DNA of 64,000 bases, taken from an uncultured Actinomycetes bacterium (lineage in GTDB: Bacteria > Actinomycetota > Thermoleophilia > UBA2241). Within the stretch, counting starts at the first letter, position 1, and each line of letters opens with the position of its first letter. Shown piece by piece: positions 31,451-40,930 of the stretch. The position numbers and the translations under genes were made by a program. Below the pieces are notes generated by a model that ran no database searches, had not been told where the DNA came from, and saw only the letters and a program-made list of their open reading frames with translations. The DNA lies in contig CAVYCN010000003.1 of assembly GCA_963767005.1 (NCBI GenBank), forward strand, positions 393,576-457,575, given 5' to 3'.

Positions 31451-32238
31451 GGTGTCCTCCGGGCGATCAGGGCGGCGGTCACACCGGCGCCGACGCCGTT
31501 GTCGATGTTGACGACGGAGAGGCCCGGCGAGCAGCTCTGCAGCATGCCGAGCAGGGCGGCCTCGCCGCGGCCGCCGAAGCCGTAGCCGGTCGACACCGGC
31601 AGGCCGATCACCGGCACGTCGACGAGCCCGCAGACGACCGAGGGCAGCGCGCCCTCCATGCCGGCCGCGACGACGAAGGCGCCGACCCCGGCCGCCGCCA
31701 TGTCGCGCAGGGGGCGCGCCAGGCGATGCACGCCGGCCACACCGACGTCGTAGGCGGTCAGCACCTCGACGCCCATCTCGCGGCACACGATGGCGGCCTC
31801 GTCGGCGATGCCGACGTCGCTTGTGCCGCCGGCCAGCACACCCACCACGCCGCTCGGCTCGGGCGCCCGCCAGTCCGGGCGGCGCACCACGAGCACGCTC
31901 GCCCGCTTGTGCCACTCGAGCGTGCCGCCCGGCGGCGCGGCGACGGCGGCCGCCTGCTCGGGCGACACCTTGCTCGCCACCACGGCCGGCGCGGCAGCCG
32001 CGAAGGAGGCGACGATGGCGGCGAACTGGTCGACCGTCTTGCCGGCACCGAAGACGATCTCGGGGACGCCCTTGCGCTGGGCGCGGCCGACGTCGAGGCA
32101 GGCGAAGTCGTCGATCGTCGCGACGCCGAGCGCGGCGAGGCCGGCGGCGGCGGCGTCGACGCTCGTGCGTCCGGCCGCCACGTCGGCCAGCAGGGCCCGC
32201 AGGTCGTCGGCTGGAGTCAGAGGTCCGTTCACGGTCAC
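31447..32238 (-). CDS. larB: Nickel-pincer cofactor biosynthesis protein (PurE-like fold)
   Basis: GVPEIVFGAGK, GGTSD, DVGVAGVHRL, AGMEGALPSVV, STGYG and SCSPGLSVVNIDNG. Confidence 0.93.
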   Translation of the reverse strand: MTVNGPLTPADDLRALLADVAAGRTSVDAAAAGLAALGVATIDDFACLDVGRAQRKGVPEIVFGAGKTVDQFAAIVASFAAAAPAVVASKVSPEQAAAVAAPPGGTLEWHKRASVLVVRRPDWRAPEPSGVVGVLAGGTSDVGIADEAAIVCREMGVEVLTAYDVGVAGVHRLARPLRDMAAAGVGAFVVAAGMEGALPSVVCGLVDVPVIGLPVSTGYGFGGRGEAALLGMLQSCSPGLSVVNIDNGVGAGVTAALIARRTP

Positions 32239-32376
32239 GCCCACTCCCTTACGAAGACCAAGCATACCCTGCCGCGCCGCGCCCCCGCACGCAAACGGAC
32301 GAAGGTCTTCGAAAGGCTCCCGTGATTCCTGTATCCTTCGTCATTACCCACCAGACGGAAGAGCCCGAGGACCGCC

Positions 32377-33879
32377 ATCTCGCTCGCAGCGCATCATCGC
32401 ACCTGGATCGTCGCGATCGTCGCGCTGGCCGTCGTCGCCACCTTCGTCGCCTTCGACCTCGTCAGGGCGCCGCGCATCGCCGCGGTCACGCCCGGCCCCG
32501 GCTCGAGCCAGCCACGCGACTCGCTGCTCGTCACCGTCGTCCTGCCCGGCGCGCAGCACCTGCACGACCTGACGGTGCGACTCGACGGTCGCGACGTGAC
32601 GGGCGGCGTCGAGAGCCAGTCGGACAGGCTCTACTTCTCGACCGGCCGCCTCGCGCAGGGCGCCCACACCGTGAGCCTCACGGCGCACACGTCCGACCTG
32701 CTGCGGCCGAGCGTGTCCAAGACCTGGCGGTTCAGCGTCGATACGATCGCCCCGATCCTCGAACTGACCTCGGTGCGCAGCGGGGCGATCGTCACCTCGC
32801 GGCCGGCGCGCTTCGCCGGCACGACCGAGCCCGGAGCCACGGTCGTGGCCCGCTGCGGCGCCCTGACGGCCCGCACGCGCGCTCCGGCGAGCGGCGCGTT
32901 CAGCCTCGACCTCGCGCTGCCCGACGGCCATGCCCGCGTCGTGGTCACGGCCACCGACCGGGCGGGCAACGCGACCGACGTGTGGCGCGCCGTGCTGGTC
33001 GACGCCACCGCGCCCAGCCTGGTCGTGAGCGGCATCGAGAAGGTCGAGACCGACGACACGCCGAAGGCCGTGGTGCTCGCCAGCGACGCGGCCGGCACGC
33101 CGCACGTCGTGATGGTCCTGGACGGTCATCGCATCGTGAGTCAGCAGACGTCGAGCCGCATCGCCATCCCCTTCGACAAGCTGCCCGAGGGGCTGCACAC
33201 GCTGGTCGTCACGGCGACCGATCCGGGCCGCCACGTGACGACCTACCGCTCCCGGTTCCTCGTGAACAGCACCGAGAAGCTGGGCAAGGCGACACTCGTC
33301 TACGGCGCGCGCGGCCGCGACGTCAAGCAGCTCCAGCATCGCCTGCGCAGTCAGGGTTACTACCGCGGCCGCCTCACCGGCGTGCTCGACCACCGCACGG
33401 TCGCGGCCGTCGAGCGTTTCCAGAGGGCCATCGGCATCGCGGCCGACGGCATCGTCGGGCCGCAGATGATCGGCGGCCTGTCCGGGCGCATCGTCGTGGT
33501 CCAGCACGAGCATCGCCTGTACTTCTACCTGAACGGCAAGCTCAAGAAGTCGTATCCCGTGGCGACCGGCCAGCCGGCCTACCCGACCCCGAACGGCACG
33601 ACGTTCGTGACCTGGATGACCAAGGACCCGACCTGGACGCCGCCCGACTCGCCCTGGGCGGCCGGCGCCAAGCCCGTCGCGCCGGGCCCCGACAACCCGG
33701 TCGGCATGCGCTGGATCGGCACCGGGTTCAACGGCGTCGGCATCCACGGCGTCTCGGCCTCCGAGGACTACTCGATCGGCAGCTACGCGTCGCACGGCTG
33801 CATCCGCATGTACGAGTGGGATGTCGAGCAGCTCTACGACTGGGTGAGCGTCGGCATGCCGATCATCGTCAAGCCGTAG
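32377..33879 (+). CDS. L,D-transpeptidase with Ig-like and peptidoglycan-binding domains; probable non-AUG start
   Basis: YkuD motif IHG...YASHGCIRM and PG-binding VKQLQHRL...ADGIVG. An N-terminal TM helix lies in frame upstream of the first GTG (32575). Confidence 0.88.
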   Translation: MSLAAHHRTWIVAIVALAVVATFVAFDLVRAPRIAAVTPGPGSSQPRDSLLVTVVLPGAQHLHDLTVRLDGRDVTGGVESQSDRLYFSTGRLAQGAHTVSLTAHTSDLLRPSVSKTWRFSVDTIAPILELTSVRSGAIVTSRPARFAGTTEPGATVVARCGALTARTRAPASGAFSLDLALPDGHARVVVTATDRAGNATDVWRAVLVDATAPSLVVSGIEKVETDDTPKAVVLASDAAGTPHVVMVLDGHRIVSQQTSSRIAIPFDKLPEGLHTLVVTATDPGRHVTTYRSRFLVNSTEKLGKATLVYGARGRDVKQLQHRLRSQGYYRGRLTGVLDHRTVAAVERFQRAIGIAADGIVGPQMIGGLSGRIVVVQHEHRLYFYLNGKLKKSYPVATGQPAYPTPNGTTFVTWMTKDPTWTPPDSPWAAGAKPVAPGPDNPVGMRWIGTGFNGVGIHGVSASEDYSIGSYASHGCIRMYEWDVEQLYDWVSVGMPIIVKP

Positions 33880-33894
33880 CGGAGATGGTGACGC

Positions 33895-35184
33895 GTGGCT
33901 GACATCCGGCCCTTCTCCGGCCTGCGGTACGACCCGGCACGCGTGCCCCTGGCCGACGTCGCCTGCCCGCCCTACGACGTGATCGCGCCCGCCGCCGCCG
34001 ACGCGCTACGCCGGCGCAGCCCCTACAACGCCGTGCACCTCGAGCTGCCGCAGGCGCCGGCCGGCGGGTCGGCCGACCGCTACCGCGCCGCCGCCGACCT
34101 TCTCGCGGCCTGGCGCGCCGACGGTGTGCTGCGTGCCGACGGCGAGCCGGCCCTGTACCTCGTCGACCAGACCTTCACCGGCCCCGACAGCTGCGAGCGC
34201 ACCCGGCGCGGCTTCGTCTGCCTGCTGCGCCTCGAAGACTTCGGCGCGCGCGTCGTGCTGCCGCACGAACGCACGCACGCCGGCCCCAAAGTCGACCGTC
34301 TCGAGCTCCTGCGCGCCACTCACGCCAACCTGAGCCAGGTCTTCATGCTCTACCCGGACCCGGAGCACGACGTCGGGCGGGCGCTGGCGGCGGCGGCGCC
34401 GCCGCCCTCGCCCGCCCTCGAGGCGCTCGACGACGACGGCAACCTCTGCCGGCTGCGCCCGGTCACGGGCCCGGTGACCGCGCAGGTCCCGGCCCTGCTC
34501 GCCGACCGGCGACTGCTGATCGCCGACGGCCACCACCGCTACGAGACGGCGCTCGCCTACCGCGACGAGCGCCGCGCCGCCGGCGACGCCAGCGCGGACT
34601 GGGTCATGGTGTGCCTGTCGAGCATGGACGACCCCGGCCTCGCCATCTTCCCGACTCACCGGCTGATCAAGGGCGTGACCCTGCCGCCCACCGCCGAGCT
34701 CGTCGCCGGGCTGCGGGCCGGGTTCGACGTCACCGAGCAGCCCGGCGGCGGCGCCCTCGCCTGCGCCCCGGCCATGGAGCGGGTCAGCCGCTCCGCGGGC
34801 CCCCGCAAGGAGCTCGGTCTGTACCTGCCGGGCGAAGGCCGTTGTCTTACGCTCACGCAGCGCGCGGGAGCCGTGGAACGGCTGACCGCGCGCGGCCTCT
34901 CCCCGGCGCTCGCGCGCCTGTCGGTCACGCTCCTTGCCGAGCTCGTCTTCCGCGACGCGCTCGGCCTCGACCCCGACCGGCTCGAGGGCCGTCTCGACTT
35001 CGCCAAGAGCGTCGACGACGCCGCCGCCGCGCTCGCCGGCGGCGACTACGTGCTGGCGGCGTTCCTCGGCGCCACGCCCATGGACGAGGTCCGCGCCATC
35101 GCCGAGCGCGGCGAGACCATGCCCCAGAAGTCGACGTACTTCTACCCGAAGCTGCTGACCGGCCTGGTCTTCAACGCCCTCTAG
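33895..35184 (+). CDS. DUF1015 family protein
   Basis: PPYDVI, PHERT, IADGHHRYETAL, PTHR and MPQKSTYFYPK. Confidence 0.92.
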   Translation: MADIRPFSGLRYDPARVPLADVACPPYDVIAPAAADALRRRSPYNAVHLELPQAPAGGSADRYRAAADLLAAWRADGVLRADGEPALYLVDQTFTGPDSCERTRRGFVCLLRLEDFGARVVLPHERTHAGPKVDRLELLRATHANLSQVFMLYPDPEHDVGRALAAAAPPPSPALEALDDDGNLCRLRPVTGPVTAQVPALLADRRLLIADGHHRYETALAYRDERRAAGDASADWVMVCLSSMDDPGLAIFPTHRLIKGVTLPPTAELVAGLRAGFDVTEQPGGGALACAPAMERVSRSAGPRKELGLYLPGEGRCLTLTQRAGAVERLTARGLSPALARLSVTLLAELVFRDALGLDPDRLEGRLDFAKSVDDAAAALAGGDYVLAAFLGATPMDEVRAIAERGETMPQKSTYFYPKLLTGLVFNAL

Positions 35185-35199
35185 CGGGTCCGACGCGCC

Positions 35200-35838
35200 G
35201 TGGCCCTGCTCCTCATGTTCCTGTCGTCACTGCTCATCGCCTACTCGGGCGCGCTCATGCCGGGGCCCATGCTCACCGTGGTGGTCACCGAGACGCCGCG
35301 CCAGGGGGCCCGCGCCGGTCCGCTCGTCGTGCTCGGCCACGCGATCCTCGAGCTGACGCTTCTCGTGCTGCTCGTGATCGGCCTCGGCCCGCTGCTCAAG
35401 CACCACACCGTGCAGGCGGTCCTGCAGATCGCGGGCGGTGCCATGCTCATCTGGACCGCCCTCTCGATGATCGTCGCGCTCGCGCGCCGGCAGGTGAGCA
35501 TCGACTGGGAGGGGCGGTCGAGCGGCGGCAGGGCGCGGGCCGTGTTGATGGGCATCCTCTCGAGCCTGGCCAATCCCTACTGGGCGCTGTGGTGGGCGAC
35601 GATCGGCCTGGGGCTGCTGACCAAGGCGTACGCGCTCGGCTTCGCCGGTCTCGTGGCCTTCTACCTGGGCCACATCACCGGCGACCTCACGTGGTACTCG
35701 CTGATCAGCGGCGCCATCGCCGCCGGCAAGCGCTTCATCACCGCCCGGGTCTACGCCACGATGCTGTCGGTGGCGGCGGCGTTCCTGCTGGCCCTCGCGG
35801 CCTGGTTTCTCACTTCGGGTCTGCGGATGGCACTCTAG
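35200..35838 (+). CDS. LysE family exporter
   Basis: SGALMPGPML, GHAILE and NPYWALWWATIG. Confidence 0.9.
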   Translation: MALLLMFLSSLLIAYSGALMPGPMLTVVVTETPRQGARAGPLVVLGHAILELTLLVLLVIGLGPLLKHHTVQAVLQIAGGAMLIWTALSMIVALARRQVSIDWEGRSSGGRARAVLMGILSSLANPYWALWWATIGLGLLTKAYALGFAGLVAFYLGHITGDLTWYSLISGAIAAGKRFITARVYATMLSVAAAFLLALAAWFLTSGLRMAL

Positions 35839-35848
35839 GCGGGCGGTC

Positions 35849-35920
35849 GGCGGCGCGAGGCGAGGGGTGTGGGCTTGAGGGTCGTAGACCCCTCGCCCAC
35901 ACCCCTCGCCTCGCGCCGCC
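35849..35920. repeat. 26-bp perfect inverted repeat (terminator or REP-like)
   Basis: GGCGGCGCGAGGCGAGGGGTGTGGGC at 35849-35874; its reverse complement is at 35895-35920. Confidence 0.8.
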
Positions 35921-36163
35921 TCCGCGACTAGGCATCCTGGGGCCACTGCGCTCTCCACCGCAGCCTCGCCACGCCACGCGCGCGTCCTGCTGTGGGGATC
36001 GTCTCCGCCCTTGGCGAGAGGGCCGCTCAGGGATGGACCGCGGCGTCGGGAGCGGCGGCGCGGGCTCGTTCCCACGCCGCCGACTCCCGAACGCCTTTCG
36101 CTCGGCCACTCGCGTATGGGGCACGCGAAGGCGCGAGGGCGACGTTCGCGGTGTGGGGTCGTC

Positions 36164-36194
36164 GCTTCGCTAGGGCCGCAGGCCCTAGCGAAGC
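36164..36194 (-). terminator. 14-bp hairpin overlapping the mttB-like stop codon
   Basis: GCTTCGCTAGGGCC-GCA-GGCCCTAGCGAAGC. Confidence 0.5.
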
Positions 36195-37645
36195 TCAGCG
36201 TCGGCGGCGGCGAGGATGCGCGTGAGCTCCTTCCGCACAGCGTCGGGCAGCGGCTCGGGCACGTGTTTGGCGTCGATCCAGGCGGCGCGCTCGCGAGCCA
36301 CCTCGAGGGCGTCGCGAAAACCGCCGCTGGGCGCGGCCTGGTGGGTGATCGCTGGCACGAACGAGCTGCGCAGGTGCCGGCGTGTGTGCTTGGCGCCCAG
36401 GTAATGGCCACCCGGGCCGACCTCGCGCACGGTCTCGAGGGCGAGGGACTCGTCGCCGAGATCGAGGTCCATGACGGCGTAGCGGGCGCGGTGGTAGATG
36501 TCGTCGGCCAGCATGAGGTCGGCCGGGTCGAAGGTGGTGTACACGTTCAGCAGGCCGATGCTCGGCATGAGGTCGCTGCCCTCCCAGGCGGCCTGCACGA
36601 GGTCCATCGCGTCCTCGACGCCGGACTGCCAGGTGCCGGCGACCTTGGCGTCAGTGCCGCAGGCGGCGGCTTCGGAGGGCACGCCCCAGTGATGGGCGAG
36701 CTCGGTGGCGAGGTAGCGGCAACGGCCGTCGAGCGGGAAGCTCACCATGGCGCCGGTGCGCGGGTCGGCGTAGCTCTGCATGATCGAGTGGGCCACCGGG
36801 GCGCCGGGGTAGGCGAGCTGCACCAGCACGGTGGCGCTCACGAGCTCGGCGGCGCCGACGGCGAAGGCGCCGGCGCGCGTCGCCGGTGCCGTGGTGCCGA
36901 GCGTCGGCATGGTGACGAACGTCACCGGCACGCCGGCCGCCGCATAGACGAGCGCGGCCTCGATGCCGCCTTCGTCCTGCACGAGCGGTGAGACGGTGCC
37001 GATGAGGGTCGACAGGAGCGGCCGCCGGCGCAGCGTCTCGGCGCTGCCGGCCACGACGGTCGCCATCTCGACGGCGTAGCGCGCCTCGCGCTCGCCCTGG
37101 ACAAAGCCCTGCAGGTGCTTGACGGTGTTGTTCCAGCCGGCGTCGAGCTCGTGGAGCTGGGCCGTCTCGCCGCAGTCGCCGGCCGAAATCGTGGGCCACC
37201 AGAAGGCCATCGACGACAGGTAGTCGAGCATGCGCGTCACACGGGCGAGGTCGGCCTTGGTCGTAGACCGCGTCACGCCGGTCTCGAAGTCGACGATCTC
37301 GGTGCCGCAGCCGTCGCTCGTGCACCAGGTGGTGTCGTCGCTGATCGAGAAGTCGCAGGCCGGGTCGCGCGCGCCCAGGTCGAAGTAGCGCGGCGCCCTG
37401 GCCATAGCGGACAGCACGACGTCGGGCGGGAAGGTGACGACCTGGCGCTCGCGGTCGACCGGGCAGCCGTGCTCGGCGAGGATGTCGAGCGCCTTCGGCG
37501 ACGGGAACCGCACGCCGACGGTCTCGAGGATGTCGAGCGTGGCCTGCTTGAGCCGGTCGAGCTCGGCGCTGCCGTGGAAGCGCGGCGTGAAGGCGCGCCT
37601 GATGGGCTCGATCGGCGGGCGCGGTTGAGTGTCGGCGTCGTCCAT
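36185..37645 (-). CDS. Trimethylamine methyltransferase (MttB) superfamily protein, non-pyrrolysine
   Basis: ATLDILETVGVRF, ARDP, VSPL, GTTAPATRAG, ADPRTG and GPGGHYLGAKHT; no in-frame TAG. GATAAT lies 7 nt upstream, consistent with a leaderless start. Confidence 0.9.
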   Translation of the reverse strand: MDDADTQPRPPIEPIRRAFTPRFHGSAELDRLKQATLDILETVGVRFPSPKALDILAEHGCPVDRERQVVTFPPDVVLSAMARAPRYFDLGARDPACDFSISDDTTWCTSDGCGTEIVDFETGVTRSTTKADLARVTRMLDYLSSMAFWWPTISAGDCGETAQLHELDAGWNNTVKHLQGFVQGEREARYAVEMATVVAGSAETLRRRPLLSTLIGTVSPLVQDEGGIEAALVYAAAGVPVTFVTMPTLGTTAPATRAGAFAVGAAELVSATVLVQLAYPGAPVAHSIMQSYADPRTGAMVSFPLDGRCRYLATELAHHWGVPSEAAACGTDAKVAGTWQSGVEDAMDLVQAAWEGSDLMPSIGLLNVYTTFDPADLMLADDIYHRARYAVMDLDLGDESLALETVREVGPGGHYLGAKHTRRHLRSSFVPAITHQAAPSGGFRDALEVARERAAWIDAKHVPEPLPDAVRKELTRILAAADAELR

Positions 37646-37799
37646 GCCCGCGATTATCCCGTACGCGCGAGTCGCGGTCCACGCTCCGTTCTTCGCCAAA
37701 CTTCGCCTCGGGTGCTCCGACCGGCGCGATCCTATGACCCTCGAGCCGACACTCCGCGCCCGCGCGACCGGGCGCAGACCAAGCGCAAGGTCTCGTCCA

Positions 37800-37955
37800 G
37801 GGGTGGGCCGGCGTCCGGGGGGAGACGGACGCCGGCCCGGGTCGGGGGTGGGTGGTGCGGGGGCCTTGGAGACGAGGGAAGGCGGCGGAGCGCCGTACGC
37901 CTTGACCGTCCGCCGGGGCGCCGGGAGGGGCGCGGGGACCGGCGGTCGTCGTGGC
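37800..37955 (-). ncRNA. Candidate 6C-like small RNA
   Basis: Minus-strand promoter ACGACA-N17-TAGCCT (37990-37962), a stem with a CCTCCC loop, a C-rich linker, and a 13-bp terminal stem enclosing a C-rich loop (TCTCCCCC); no credible ORF. Confidence 0.5.
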
Positions 37956-38252
37956 ACGGTCAGGCTACGCCGGAGCGGCGCCCGTGTCGTCGGCCCCAGG
38001 GCCGAGCTCGCGGTCGCCGGCCGCCGGCGCGCGGGCGAACGTCATCCGCCTACGGGTGGAGATCGCGGCGTGGCGGACGGCAGCGCCGGCACGAGCGGCA
38101 GCGCCGCGAGAAGCGCTCGCGTCCGCCGGTCCCGCCCGCGGTCTAGCTGGAATCAGCGGGCTCGGAGCCGATAGGGTAGAGAGCGAGCGCCTGCCCCCGA
38201 AGCGCACGGGCGACGCGATGCGAGCGACCGGCACCGACCCGAGGGGGCCTGC

Positions 38253-40058
38253 ATGACACCTGCGCTGATCGAGCGACTGGCGGCCGTGCCCGAGGTCTTC
38301 GTCGACGCCCGCTCCTGGTCTTTCTCGCCCGACGGGCGCACACTGGCCTTCACCTGGCGGCGCGACGGCAACTGGCACGTCTATCTCGCCGACCTGCCCG
38401 ACGGGGAGCCGCGCCGGATCGAGTCGTTCGACGACGCCTGCGTGAGCCCGCTCTTCTCAGCCGACGGGCAGTGGCTGTACTTCGCGCGCGACGACCGCGG
38501 CACCGAGTGTCTCGACGTCTACCGCTACGGCCTGGCCGACGGCAGCCTGGTCAACCTGCTGCCCGACACTCCCTCGCTCGCCCCGGCGCCCGACTTCGGC
38601 CTGTCGCCGGACGGCCGCACGCTGGCCCTGTCGATCAACCACGGCCAGAGCCAGACGGCGGCCGTCATGCCGGTCGACGGCGGCGCCGCCGGTCTGCGCC
38701 TGCTGACCGACCACTGGTACAACGACTGGTCGCCGAGCTTCTCGCCCGACGGCCGCCTGCTCGCCTTCGCGAGCGACACGCACGGCCAGGACTCGGCCGT
38801 GTTCATCACCGGCCTCGACGGCGGCGAGCTGCAGGCGATCGGCGGCGAGAGCGCCATGCTGCAGGCCCGCGAACCGGCCTGGTCGCCGGACGGACGCCTG
38901 CTCGCCTTCTGCGGCGGGCCGGGCGAGCACGAGGCGATCGGCCTCTTCGACGTCGCCGCCGGCCTCACGAGGTGGGTCTGGAGCGGCGAGGGCAACGCCC
39001 ACGCCGCGGTCTGGTCGCCCGACGGGCGGGCGCTCGTGTTCGTGGTCGACGAGGGCCCCGAGAGCTCGCTGCGCCACCTCGTCGTGGCGGACGGCGCCGT
39101 GCGCACCATCGACATCGGTCCCGGCAATCACTACCGGCCGGGCTTCACGCCCGACGGCACCGGCCTGATCTGCGCCCACAGCGGCCCCGGCAGTCCGACC
39201 GACCTCTTCCTCATCGACCTCGCCTCGGGCGCCGCCCGCCGCCTCACCGACTCGCTGCCGGCCGACCTGCACGAGCACCGCTTCGTCTCGGGCGTCCCGG
39301 CCGTCTGGACGAGCCGTGACCGGCTGGCCGAGGTGCCGGGGCTCTTCTGCGCGGCGCCGCGGCCGAGCGGCGCCGGGGTCGTGATCATCCACGGCGGGCC
39401 GACCTGGCACCACAGCAACGAGTGGGATCCACTGCGCCAGGCGCTGCTCGACGCCGGCTGTCACGTCGTGCACCCCAACTACCGCGGCAGCGACGGCTAC
39501 ACGAGGCGCTGGCAGCTCGCCAACCGCTACCTGCTCGGCCAGGGTGAGGCGCAGGACTGCGCCGCCGCCGTCGACTTTCTCGTCGCCCGCGGCTGCGACC
39601 CCGCGCGCATCGCCGTGACCGGCCGCAGCCACGGCGGCTACCTGACCATGCACATGATCACGCAGTTCCCCGAGCTCTGGGCCTGCGGCGTGGCCGGCGT
39701 GCCGTTCTTCGACCACATCGATGCCCAGGTCGATCCGGCCGTCCGCGACGACCTGGTCTGGTGGGACGTCGAGAACTGCGGCGACATCGTCGCCGACCGC
39801 GCCCGGCTCGAGTACTTCTCGCCGATCAACCACCTCGACCGGGTCAAGGCGCCGCTCCTGATCCTGGCCGCCGCCTGCGACCCGCGCTGCCCCACCCGGC
39901 AGGTCGACACTGTGGTCGAGCGCGTGCGCGCCGCCGGCGCGCCGTGCGAGGCCGTCATCTATCCCGACGAGGGTCACGAGATCAGCGGCCTCGAGCATCG
40001 CATCGACTACGAGCGGCGCACCGTCGGCTTCATTCTCGACCACGTCGGACGCGCCTAG
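38253..40058 (+). CDS. S9 family peptidase with a WD40/TolB-like propeller
   Basis: SPDG repeats, IHGGP, PNYRGS, GRSHGG nucleophile elbow, DPRC and DEGH. Confidence 0.93.
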   Translation: MTPALIERLAAVPEVFVDARSWSFSPDGRTLAFTWRRDGNWHVYLADLPDGEPRRIESFDDACVSPLFSADGQWLYFARDDRGTECLDVYRYGLADGSLVNLLPDTPSLAPAPDFGLSPDGRTLALSINHGQSQTAAVMPVDGGAAGLRLLTDHWYNDWSPSFSPDGRLLAFASDTHGQDSAVFITGLDGGELQAIGGESAMLQAREPAWSPDGRLLAFCGGPGEHEAIGLFDVAAGLTRWVWSGEGNAHAAVWSPDGRALVFVVDEGPESSLRHLVVADGAVRTIDIGPGNHYRPGFTPDGTGLICAHSGPGSPTDLFLIDLASGAARRLTDSLPADLHEHRFVSGVPAVWTSRDRLAEVPGLFCAAPRPSGAGVVIIHGGPTWHHSNEWDPLRQALLDAGCHVVHPNYRGSDGYTRRWQLANRYLLGQGEAQDCAAAVDFLVARGCDPARIAVTGRSHGGYLTMHMITQFPELWACGVAGVPFFDHIDAQVDPAVRDDLVWWDVENCGDIVADRARLEYFSPINHLDRVKAPLLILAAACDPRCPTRQVDTVVERVRAAGAPCEAVIYPDEGHEISGLEHRIDYERRTVGFILDHVGRA

Positions 40059-40270
40059 TCCGTCGATCGACTTCGTCGTCGCCGCTCAGGCTGGCGTGAC
40101 TGCGTCGCGCGGCTAGTCGGAACGCCTGACGGCGCGCGACGGCCGCGCCGCCGGGCGAGCCGCAGCCGCCCGGCAAACACCGTTAGGCCGGGCCACCCCG
40201 GGAACATGCCCAAGGGTCAGCTGGGCGCGCCGCGGCGCGCCCCGTGATCCAGACGTCCGGGAGGTCGACC

Positions 40271-40678
40271 ATGAGTCGTTCGGACACAGAGAGCGAGATC
40301 CGCGAAGCGCTCGGTCGGGTGCCGTCGTTCTTCGCGAGCATGCCGGACTCGACGCTCGAGAACGAGTGGAACGAGTTCAAGGTGTTCCAGATGACGGACA
40401 CCGAGCTCACCGTACGCGAGAAGCAGCTCATCGGCTACGCCGTGGCCGCCGCCATCCACTGCCCCTATTGCACCTATTTCCACGAGAGCGTGACCAGGAT
40501 GTTCGGCGCGAGCGACGCGCAGCTCGAGGAGGCCAACCGCATGGCCGCCGAGACCTCGAAGTACAGCTCCTACCTGCACGGCCTGCAGATCCCGCTCGAC
40601 GAGTTCAAGCGCGAGTCCGACGAGATCGGCCGCTACGCCCAGGAGCACATGCCGCAGAGCGAGAGCAAGGCGGCCTGA
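40271..40678 (+). CDS. Carboxymuconolactone decarboxylase/AhpD-like protein
   Basis: REKQLIGYAVAAAIHCPYCTYFH; GGAGG RBS. Confidence 0.9.
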   Translation: MSRSDTESEIREALGRVPSFFASMPDSTLENEWNEFKVFQMTDTELTVREKQLIGYAVAAAIHCPYCTYFHESVTRMFGASDAQLEEANRMAAETSKYSSYLHGLQIPLDEFKRESDEIGRYAQEHMPQSESKAA

Positions 40679-40719
40679 CCGCCCGCTCCCGACCTCGCGG
40701 GCCGCGGCCCGGGCAAGCG

Positions 40720-40758
40720 GCGGCGGGGGCGGCGCGCGCAGCGCGCCGCCCCCGCCGC
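40720..40758 (+). terminator. 18-bp GC hairpin
   Basis: GCGGCGGGGGCGGCGCGC-GCA-GCGCGCCGCCCCCGCCGC. Confidence 0.55.
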
Positions 40759-40887
40759 GCCGTTCGAGGCGCTCACGCCAGAGACGCTCCTCGTCTGGGC
40801 GACGTCGCGCTCACCGATGAGCCTTGCCGCCAAACTGGCGCTGCAGTGCCGGCCGAAGACCATCCGACGTTTGCGGTCTCCGCGGTA

Positions 40888-40919
40888 TGACGTACACTTG
40901 TGATGACCACTGTACGTCA
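40888..40919. promoter_or_regulatory. Palindromic operator of the TA pair
   Basis: TGACGTACA-N14-TGTACGTCA immediately before the antitoxin RBS; it overlaps TACACT. Confidence 0.65.
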
Positions 40920-40930
40920 GGAGGCGGGGC

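Noticed and set aside
36185-37645. Pyrrolysine or selenocysteine recoding
   Set aside because: No in-frame TAG in the MttB homolog, and no in-frame TGA at catalytic Cys positions of the redox genes.
40182-40205. SigB/SigF-like promoter GTTAGG-N12-GGGAAC before the CMD gene
   Set aside because: The match is too degenerate to support without TSS data.
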